From Octopus sinensis (Eukaryota), in NCBI RefSeq assembly GCF_006345805.1, contig NC_043005.1:80972001-81036000 (forward strand): a stretch of DNA of 64,000 bases. Direction: 5' to 3'. The first letter of the stretch is position 1. Every line of letters starts with the position of its first letter. Below are positions 1 through 9,045 of the stretch, piece by piece. The notes below the pieces were generated by a model. The model was not told the origin of the DNA. It did not search any database and was given only the letters and a program-made list of their open reading frames with translations. Position numbers and translations under genes: made by a program.

Positions 1-1372
1 ATCTGTTGTTCTTCTGGGATGCGATTCACAAAGCATAAACTCCTCATGAACTCCACCTTGGATGACAATCTTTATGACGACGAAAACCAAACTAGAATTA
101 TCTGCATTGTTTGATATCTCATTCACTTTAAATGAAGAAATAAGAACGATTTTTCCGTATCCTAGGAACGAAAAATTTTTCAGCAATTTCTCGCCAAACA
201 ATCAATTCTCCATTTCGTTGTATTGTTTGATAGAGGCATTGCAGTAAATAAATTCTAGTCCTTTTTTTCTACACAGAATTCCTACGATTATCCCTACTGG
301 CAGTAATAGAGCCAAACTTCCCATGTTTGTCACAATATTTACGGATCAAAATTTTTTTAAGCTCATCTTTTTAGCAATGACTTAATCTTTTTATCCCTGA
401 TATCTTCGCTTATAGCACGCTGAATATTATTTGAATGGTTGTTAACCATATATCGATATTGAATAGAAAATAGGTTTCTTCCTATTCAATAAATTTGAAA
501 AGACAAAGAAACGAATGAATAAGAAAGCTGATCAAAAAAATTAAAACAAATTTTGATTTGATTTATAATCTTAAAAATACACAGCAACATCGAAAAAAGA
601 ATTAATTAAAGAAGGACATTTACATGTACATTCAGTATTAAACAAAAACAATACAGAAAATTCATGACTAATCTCGTGGCACATGGTTTGTAATGGCAGA
701 ATTAGCTGCTACTTCAAATTATATAAACATATAGAGACCACTGTTATCTTTCCACCAACCCCTGCGGTATTTCACGAAGTAAACCAAGTGAACCTGAGTC
801 GCGGCATTGTGTGCTCTTTCTGCACACCGGATAAAACCAAGTTCATATAAACTACAATAATTTATTTAAAATACTTTGATATTTATGTAACTCCTATTGA
901 AATATTTCCCATGGGCTGCAATTATTTCCATAGCGTTGGTCCACCACTTTGGAGAGACAGTCTTAACATCAGTAAGGCCATGTCATAAAGATTTCATATG
1001 GGCTCTCAATGTGCTAGAAATAACAGGTAAATATTTTTCCAATTGTACGTTACATTAGTATTGGAATATAAATAACGAGGAGGTTACACTCTCGAGCCAA
1101 TACAACATTCCACATTTGCAGTGTCAGTACAAGCTAACCAATTCAGACTCTACCAATACGGATATTCTAACATCGACTTGGAGCAGTTTGTTAGGTTTTA
1201 CTTGATATGTATATATATAAATCTGGAGAGTCTACTAGAGTAGATGCAAGCGCTAATATATGATTTAAAAAGCATGTGACATATTAATAAATATCTGTAA
1301 ATATAAAACCATCCAGATTTCTGAGTACCTAATTTCTTCAAATATATAGTAGCTATACATCACCTCCAAACC

Positions 1373-1412
<40 letters not shown>

Positions 1413-1650
1413 TAAGGGTAGAAATTGATATTTATCAATTAAGACCAGTGGTCTAGCATATTAAAAAAGAATCCGAAGATTAAAATATTTATATATACCA
1501 ATTAAGGACTGAACACGAAAAGTGGACAGTCAACATGCTAGATATAGACGTCAAATCGCCATTCACCACAAAAGATTATGTTCTCAGATCAAACTCAGCA
1601 CAAAACCATAGCAATAAACAAGTGAAAAATATACGAAATAAAATAATTAC

Positions 1651-1714
1651 CCATGTACTAATTAGATTCGGCTGTTATTTTCAGCAAGGAAAACTGCAGC
1701 CATCATCAGCATGG
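1651..1714 (-). ncRNA. Mirror copy of the IR-1 hammerhead with a core mutation (GAAA>GAAU)
   Basis: Reverse complement of 1913-1976, except that plus-strand a1666 turns A15.1 into U and breaks the A15.1-U16.1 pair. There is a second change in the stem II extension. Confidence 0.8.
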
Positions 1715-1912
1715 TCCGTTATAAATGCAATTTGCTGGACTAGATGCAAACACGATACCGAAATATTAGCTGCAGGCTAGTTTTCTCGGGCCTCAACGCG
1801 CCAAAGTAAAGGCATTTGAAAGATATATTCAAATGTAATAGGCTGAACTCCATGCACGCGATATTTCGGTATCGTGTTTGCATCTAGTCCAGCAAATTGC
1901 ATTTATAACGGA

Positions 1913-1976
1913 CCATGCTGATGATGGCTGCAGTTTTCCTTGCGGAAAATAACAGCCGAAACTAATTAGTACATGG
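1913..1976 (+). ncRNA. Type I hammerhead ribozyme (intact core)
   Basis: Stem I CCAUG(1913-17)/CAUGG(1972-76); core CUGAUGA(1918-24) plus an extra U. Stem II GGCUG(1926-30)/CAGCC(1953-57), extended by UUUUCC-uugc-GGAAAA; GAAA(1958-61). Palindromic stem III ACUAAUUAGU; GUA triplet, with predicted cleavage after 1971. Confidence 0.9.
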
Positions 1977-2127
1977 GTAATTATTTTATTTCGTATATTT
2001 TTCACTTGTTTATTGCTATGGTTTTGTGCTGAGTTTGATCTGAGAACATAATATTTTGTGGTGAATGGCGATTTGACGTCTATATCTAGCATGTTGACTG
2101 TCCACTTTTCGTGTTCAGTCCTTAATT

Positions 2128-2213
<86 letters not shown>

Positions 2214-2218
2214 TATAT

Positions 2219-2280
<62 letters not shown>

Positions 2281-2331
2281 ATTGGTGAATTGAAGAAATG
2301 GAGCTGAACGCAGATTGAACAGAAATCGTTT

Positions 2332-2425
2332 TATTTCATTCTACACGTGTTTCGAAAGGCACAAATTACCAAAATCCGATTGAATAATGGGACCATATTG
2401 TGTCTTTCTCTTCAGGAAGAAAATA
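2332..2425 (-). ncRNA. Type I hammerhead ribozyme, identical mirror copy in the left arm of IR-2
   Basis: Exact reverse complement of 3496-3589. Confidence 0.85.
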
Positions 2426-3495
2426 GGAGATCCGTTGGAAAAACAAAAACAGAACAGAGGCGGAGCAAAAACAAATCGAACTATGCTCCTAAGAACCCAT
2501 GGCGAAACTGTTTATCAGTGTATGTTGAGAACCGGTGGCTGAAGAATTTAACGGGTCAGGCATCGGTCAATCATGTGGGTGAGGGTGTGTGGGTGTTCTT
2601 TGTGACCGAGAATAAAGTTCTGACTATTTAAGGAATATTGGATGTTTTATAAGGGGCGAGAAAAAATCTACTTAGAGACGTGTGTGTGTGTATACTGTCC
2701 TATATATGTGTGTGTTGGCGTAGGGGTAGAAAACATTTTTTGTGTACGTGTGTGCGTTTAATCGTTCGGCTGTCAGTGGCTACTGCCGCGAGAACCGTTG
2801 GGTGGCAGAAAAAAAAATATATATATATTATGTTTTATGTGTGTGTGTGTTCATCTAAGCCTGCCTTGTCAAGGAAACCCCCCGCTGTGAAAAAACCAAG
2901 CCCCGTTTGTCTTACAGGAGTAATTCCCCTTGCAGTGGTTAATCGTAGATATCTTAAAGGCTATTTCAGAATTTGTTACCAAGGGCTATGGGTGCCGGTA
3001 TTATTTATAAACGCTATTTTACAGTCGGCTTTTCGATGCCCCCATTGGCGGCGTTACACTTATCTGGCTTTTAAATAGCGTTTATAAATAATACCAATAA
3101 TGTTTTTTTTTTCTGCCACCCAACGGTTCTCGCGGCAGTAGCCACTGACAGCCGAACGATTAAACGCACACACGTACACAAAAAATGTTTTCTACCCCTA
3201 CGCCAACACACACATATATAGAACAGTATACACACACACACGTCTCTAAGTAGATTTTTTCTCGCCCCTTATAAAACATCCAATATTCCTTAAATAGTCA
3301 GAACTTTATTCTCGGTCACAAAGAACACCCACACACCCTCACCCACATGATTGACCGATGCCTGACCCGTTAAATTCTTCAGCCACCGGTTCTCAACATA
3401 CACTGATAAACAGTTTCGCCATGGGCTCTTAGGAACATAGTTCGATTTGTTTTTGCTCCGCCTCTGTTCTGTTTTTGTTTTTCCAACGGATCTCC

Positions 3496-3589
3496 TATTT
3501 TCTTCCTGAAGAGAAAGACACAATATGGTCCCATTATTCAATCGGATTTTGGTAATTTGTGCCTTTCGAAACACGTGTAGAATGAAATA
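3496..3589 (+). ncRNA. Type I hammerhead ribozyme (intact core, long stem II)
   Basis: Stem I UAUUUUCUUC(3496-3505)/GAAUGAAAUA(3580-89), one mismatch and one GU; CUGAAGA(3506-12). Stem II GAAAGACACAA/UUGUGCCUUUC; GAAA(3568-71). Palindromic stem III ACACGUGU; GUA triplet, with predicted cleavage after 3579. Confidence 0.85.
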
Positions 3590-3869
3590 AAACGATTTCT
3601 GTTCAATCTGCGTTCAGCTCCATTTCTTCAATTCACCAATAATGTTTTAATTTCAATTATCCGCACCAACGCACGGTTGCAACACCATATGGTTGTACCT
3701 CCAACCGTGCTGTTTACTGCTGTGATTTTTGCTACTAAGGTATCGGTTAAACTTTTGATTAATCTACTACAAGATTATTCATCTTTCTATTTCACATAAT
3801 ATATATATATAAATAAAATTTTAAAATAGTATACAATCTTGTCAATTGGTTAGCGTGAAAAAACCTCAT

Positions 3870-4259
3870 AATTCTTTACTCTTTTCACGGAGTCGGACTT
3901 TCTCTCTCTTCGCTCTTTCTCGCTTGCCTTTTCTTTCCTTGTGCTGGGCCGCTCAGCAAATCCCTTCTTTGCTCGTTTTCACAGCCATGTACGAGCTCGT
4001 GCTTGTGATATGCGTTCAAAGCCGATCCATCTACTTCGCTCTTTATTCTGGCTTCCTTTTCCTTTGTTTCCTCCCACTCCCTCGAGCCGCTCACCCGCTA
4101 TACGAATGTCTTCTTCGTTCAATTCGTATCCCTGCTCCTGCGACTGCTCGAAACTCGGAGCTAATAACAACTGTCTCACCGCTTCTTCTACACCTTCTTT
4201 TCCTGCTTGCTTTTTCTGATGTCTTCCTCCCGACGCCGTGACCGCCTCGAAAGAGCGAA
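3870..4259 (-). other. Putative rDNA 3' external spacer / IGS-like sequence contiguous with the 28S fragment
   Basis: GC-richer, strongly strand-asymmetric tract directly downstream (on minus) of the inferred 28S 3' end. The assignment rests on position only. Confidence 0.4.
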
Positions 4260-5215
4260 TCTTGTCGTTCGCGAAAAGAGACTCAATAGAAAGAAGCGTT
4301 GTAGATACTCTTCTAAGCAGGTCACTCCGAAAGTTAAGTCGAGTCGTATGTGAGAGATCCTTTTCGTCTCGATTTCCTCGAACAAGTCTGGCGGGAGGTC
4401 GAGGACGACAGCTCGGCCGCCGCTGCTGAAGCCCCAGGATGGCAATTATGTCGGTGTCGTAACCGCTTGCCGCGCGGGCGCGCCCAACGAGCAGGGAACG
4501 CCGAGCTGAGGCATGCTCCTTTTGATTGATACACTTTTGGAAAACAACTCAGGTCGGGCAACGGTTCCGGCTTAGTGTTGCTCAGCCGTTATCGCGCACA
4601 GGCAGACTGGCACCTCCACTCTAACGAGCGAGTGTGAAAACCGTTGCTCTGACTGGACGTGATAGCCATAGCCGAGTTGACGTTGACCGCGCCTGCCCAA
4701 ATTCAGCAGAGGCGTCAGCGACAGCGATGGACGATGAGCGTACGCGAAATGCATGGCTAGGATAACTCTAACCTATCTCACATCTGTCTAAACCTGGCTC
4801 ATGTTATCTGCTTCGCAATGATAATAATTCTGCTTCCCAATAAGAAAGGCCGGCATCGAAGGAACAAAAAGCGACGTGGCTGCGAACGCTTGACTAACAT
4901 AAGCCAGTTATCCCTGTGGTAACCTTTCTGACACCTCTTCACGGATGCATAGCTTGACTGGCGCTGTTCGGGAAGGATAGATGGGCCACGCTTTTGCGGT
5001 CCGTATCCGTACTGAAAATCGAGATCGAGCGAGATTTTGCCCTTTTGCCCCATGTGTGGTTTCCGTCCACGCTGAGCTCACTGCGTTACGGTTTGATAGA
5101 AATACCACCCCAGTGAACCTCACCGACAGACTAAAGGTCGCGCATCGGCTACGTCCGTGCCCACAGTGGCGTTCGACATGCACTGCTCGCTTCGTACCAG
5201 ATAACGAACCACCGC
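4260..5215 (-). pseudogene. Degraded 28S (LSU) rRNA 3' fragment
   Basis: The plus strand matches the reverse complement of conserved LSU motifs recalled from eukaryotic 28S: gcc(g)gcatcgaagg-caaaaagcgacgt, aagccagttatccctgtggtaac-tttctgacacctc, cgtactgaaaatc-agatc-agcgag-ttttgccctt, ctaacct-tctcac, and tcaataga...agcg near the 3' end. Deletions fall in universally conserved segments, and the sarcin-ricin loop region (about 4640-4660) is disrupted. Confidence 0.9.
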
Positions 5216-5229
5216 TCGGCGACGGCCCG

Positions 5230-5640
5230 ATCCCTTCAGCATCTATTGAGCGATGGTGATGATAATCGCAGTGAAGATGATGTGATGGTAATGATGATCA
5301 TGATGGTCATGATGGTTGTGGTGGTGGTGCTGAGGCTGGAGGTGGTTGTAGCGGTGATGGTAGTATTGGAGATGATGGAAAACGACAACAGTAATGAACA
5401 TGGTGACGACGAGGAGGAGGAGGAGAAGGATAGTGGTGATGATGATGATGATGATGATGTACACGAAGACGGTGCCTTGACAATGATGACTACGCCGCCT
5501 CCGATGGTGATAATCATTATGGTGATGATATGGAGGCCAATGACACAACGATAATGACGACGACGACGATGGTAGAGGTGGTGACGATGATGATGATGAT
5601 GATATTTTCAAGGTGATATCGACAGTTAATATCATTAGTA
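5230..5640. repeat. Mixed (GAT/GGT/GAG)n trinucleotide low-complexity tract
   Basis: Visible GAT/GGT/GAC runs; these explain the poly-S/H/M/V ORFs at 5236-5635. Confidence 0.9.
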
Positions 5641-6169
5641 GAATCTAAAATTCCAGCAGAATTCTTGTTGTCGGTAATTAGATTAGACTAGCAGAGCTTC
5701 GAGTAAGAATGAAATCCCTTACATTTAAATGACAGCGAATCATTGTCGAAGTCATGTCTCATCTGTTAAAATGTTTGCCATCAGTTGGCTGTGTACATTG
5801 TTTGTTTACACTCACAACACTCCAGTCTCTGTTTTTATATAATTTTAGAAAGTAAATACGATGCGACATAAAAGCAACGAAACAAAAAAAAAGAAAAGAT
5901 GGTCAAAAGAGTCAAAGAGTCAAAGAAAAGTATTACAAAGAGAAAGTGAAAGTAGAAAAGGAAAAAGAATTGCTATAATGACATGTAACATCAGCAGACC
6001 GATGTTCATTCGTCGGGAGCGTAGGTTTGGGTGGCGGAGTGTCTGTATATATAACTGTACAGGGGCCGAAAGAGAGGAAGGGAGAGGAAGTGAGAGATAA
6101 AGAGAGAAAGGTAGGTAGAGAAGGCGAGAGATGAAAGAGAGAGAGAGGGAGAGACGTGTATATATGTAT

Positions 6170-6370
6170 CTTCTATCTTTTGTCTTTACTTGTTTCAGCC
6201 ATCTGACTGTGGCCGTGCTGGGGCACTGCCCTTGAGGTTTTTAGTCAACCAAATTGACTCACGATCTTATTTTTTCTTAAATGACTTGTACCTTTTCAAT
6301 CAATGTTGCCGAACGGCTAGGGTATGCAACCGTGGTGGTCGAGCTGTGGTGGGGGGGCAACACACAGAAA
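6170..6370 (-). mobile_element. SINE family C (CORE-type tRNA SINE), 3' half
   Basis: tttacttgtttcagcc...ctgcggcc.tgctgg.gcac matches the 3' end of the full copies at 46535 and 49725. Confidence 0.75.
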
Positions 6371-6828
6371 AATACTGAAACACACACGCGCACACACATA
6401 CACACACATATATATGTGTGTGCGAAATCGCACATATATGTATGTTTGGCTTAGTGGTTAGGGCATTCTGTTGAGCAAGACACTTTATTTCAAATTGCTC
6501 CAGTCCACTCAGCTGGCAAAAATGTGTTGTAACTGTATTTCAACAAGGGCCAGACTTGACACAAAAACAAAACCATGGAAACGAACTTTTTTTCAAACAA
6601 CGAAAAAGCAGAGTACAAGACATAAAACACAAGGAATATTCCCCTTCTTCAGTTGTCCCTGTTTCGTCTACTCCGCGTTTGGAAGGTAAGGACAAGACGC
6701 GACTTCGTTGAAACAGTCCTTCCCGGAAAGCAAATTAAATAAAATTCGAGATTTTTTCCGGAGGGGTAAAAGTGTTAACAAATACATATAGATGTAGGTA
6801 TGTACATATATGTATGTACATATGCATA

Positions 6829-6904
<76 letters not shown>

Positions 6905-7012
6905 TATATATGTTCATAAATGAGGGTGAAAAATTAGATATTAATTTAATAATACCATCAGTTTAACACCAAGTGGCCTAGCACATAAAAAACCAAGGAG
7001 ACAATACAAATT

Positions 7013-7373
7013 TATACGTAAATATAAGAGAGTTACCGTTAAATGGTTAACTCTAGTGCTAGAAGTAGCTCCTTATTCTGGTATAGCCACCGAAGTTGTT
7101 TCCACAAAAGAAATAACATTACCTCCAACGTATGGAAAGCGAAATACAACGAAAAGATAAATTAATGCTGAACAATTGTTTCTTTATCAACATAATATGC
7201 GATTATACTCACATATTTATCTATAAATCATCACCAGCATTTGTTTTCGATACAATTTATTAGATCCACACGGGCGATAAACACCCAGGAAACAACTTCG
7301 GTGGCTATACCAGAATAAGGAGCTATTTCTAGTACTAGAGTTAACCACTTAACGGTAACTCTCTTATATTTAC

Positions 7374-7378
<5 letters not shown>
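7013..7378. repeat. Inverted repeat IR-3 (arms 7013-7103 and 7288-7378, about 91 bp; spacer about 185 bp)
   Basis: The arms are reverse complements with about 3 mismatches. It is flanked by (TA)n at 6830-6912 and 7375-7420. Confidence 0.95.
7164..7241 (-). ncRNA. Decayed type I hammerhead in the IR-3 spacer
   Basis: The minus strand reads AAUGCUG-GUGAUGA-(UUUAU...AUAAA long stem II)-GAAA-CAAUUG-UU-CAGCAUU. Stem I is a perfect 7 bp and stem III is the palindrome ACAAUUGU, but C3 is G and stem II closes with U-A. Confidence 0.65.
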
Positions 7379-7418
<40 letters not shown>

Positions 7419-7699
7419 TATGAATTTAAATTTAAAATTTTATATTTTATATATTTTGTATATTATATTAATTATATTTATTTTTATGTTTTGGTTTATG
7501 TTTTTCACTGTTTGATTTGCCTAATAGTGGTTTTATCTCTAGTTTAATTTATATTTATACTGTGAAATTTTATTTAATCCTAAATCTAATTTTTCCCTGT
7601 AAGTTTGGATTTACTCCCTAATATTATTATTATTATACATATATATACATATATATATGTGTGTGTGCGTGTGTGTTTGTGCGTGTGTGTGTGTGTGTG

Positions 7700-7910
7700 T
7701 GGAATGTCTCGTTGAAGACGAAGTATGAATGTTTAGCTTTTGTTGAACGACCAGCTCAAATCATTTGTACTGATCAGATGTATGTGCTGGTATTAGCTCA
7801 CTTCCTCCATTAAATCGCCGCCAAGTGCGATCGCACAGCAACGTCGCACAATGGAGGAACTGTAGCCACTATGTGGCGGTCATGAGCGCAACTCCTTAAC
7901 CTCTAACTAT
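7700..7910 (-). mobile_element. Degenerate tRNA-like SINE head/body
   Basis: The minus strand begins ggacatagttagaggttaaggagttgcgctcatgacc, which resembles an A-box; GC-richer island in an AT-rich context. Confidence 0.35.
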
Positions 7911-8450
7911 GTCCTTTCTATCATATATTCACATACATATATACATCTACACAGAGAGACATACAGAAACATATTAACATGCTTGTGTTGGGAGGCTTAC
8001 TTTACAATTGCTTAGTTCCTCACGGAGAAAACCATGAAAGAAACCTCTTGCTAGTCTTTGTGTTGTCAGCACCGCATTCCAAGTATCCTGATTCTGTTAA
8101 AATAAATTCCTATTAAAATTACTCGTTTGGATGACTTCTTTGGGTATTTTACTGTCTATTGACTGATAAGCGTAGTCATTGCTCTATCATTTAGTAGTGC
8201 AAGTAGAGAGGCAAGAATTAATGTTGTGTATAGTATTTTGAGAAGAGATTAAGAGATGCGGTTGCTGCGCAATCAGATCGACAGATGTTACGGTCATCTT
8301 GTGTAGCGGGCACTTTATCACATTAAATGGATGTTACGTGAAATATTTAGGTTTGACTGACCTGGGCCACATTTAGTTAACCTTGTATACCCAACTTGCA
8401 TACACACGCGCATGCAAACCAATATATCTATCTCAGTAGTTGTGTATTTG

Positions 8451-8660
8451 AAGGCGGCGAGCTGCCAGACGGTAGCATGCGGGCGAAATGCTTAGCAGTA
8501 TTTCGTCTTTACGTTCTGAGTTCAAATTCCGTCGAGGTCGTTTTTGCCTTTTATTCTCTCGGGGTCGATAAATTAAGTACCATTCGCATATTGGAGTCGA
8601 TCTAATCGACACGCTCCTTCTCCAAAAATTTCAGGCCTTTTGCCTAGAGTAGAAAAGAAT
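8451..8660 (+). mobile_element. SINE family A (tRNA-derived, GGCGGCGAGCTGGCAGAA head)
   Basis: aaggcggcgagctg...gaaatgcttagc.gtatttcgtc...gttctgagttcaaattcc..gaggtc...gcctttcatc/ggggtcgataaattaagtacca, shared with more than 20 copies in the window. A-box-like TGGCAGAATCGTTAG and B-box GTTCAAATTCC. Confidence 0.9.
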
Positions 8661-8699
8661 ATTTGTGTATTTGTGTTCTTTCCCTGTGTCTGGACATAC

Positions 8700-8701
8700 A
8701 A

Positions 8702-8786
<85 letters not shown>

Positions 8787-8939
8787 ATATGTATGTATGT
8801 ATGCATGTATGTATGCTTATATGTATGCATGTATGTATGTATGTATGTATGTATGTATGTATGTATGTATGTATGTATGTACGTATGTATATCCATCCAT
8901 CCATCCATCTGTCAGTCTGTCTGTCTTTCTATCTGTCAG

Positions 8940-9021
<82 letters not shown>

Positions 9022-9045
9022 GATCGATCTAGCTAGCTAGCTAGC
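8700..9045. repeat. Compound microsatellite (TA)n-(TATG)n-(TCCA)n-(TCTG)n-(TCTA)n-(TAGC)n
   Basis: Directly visible. Confidence 0.97.

Larger units (their letters stand above)
1490..2137. repeat. Long inverted repeat IR-1 (arms 1490-1766 and 1861-2137, about 277 bp, spacer 94 bp); PLE-type inverted pLTR
   Basis: The right arm is the reverse complement of the left, with about 3 mismatches counted by eye (e.g. aaagattatg vs aaatattatg; attagattcg vs attagtttcg). It is flanked by (TA)n at 1378-1404 and 2130-2272 and contains a hammerhead motif. Confidence 0.97.
2272..3649. repeat. Long inverted repeat IR-2 (arms about 2272-2817 and 3103-3649, about 545 bp) with a nested 23-bp inverted repeat in the spacer
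   Basis: The arms are reverse complements with about 3 mismatches by eye. Nested perfect IR: ggtattatttataaacgctattt (2997-3019) / aaatagcgtttataaataatacc (3073-3095). It starts directly at the (TA)n tract ending at 2272. Confidence 0.97.

Noticed and set aside
880-1080. Minus-strand peptide ...QRY/EIIAAHGKYFN resembling a Tc1/mariner C-terminus
   Set aside because: It needs several frameshifts, and no catalytic motif or TIR was found.
1535-3574. Duplicated ORFs MLDIDVKSP... (81/131 aa) and MFRKAQITK... (94 aa twice)
   Set aside because: They are duplicated only because they lie in inverted-repeat arms. They overlap the ribozymes, have no recognisable motif, and one starts at GTG.
3846-5259. 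Cluster of overlapping ORFs in all frames
   Set aside because: Explained by the GC-rich rDNA-derived sequence.
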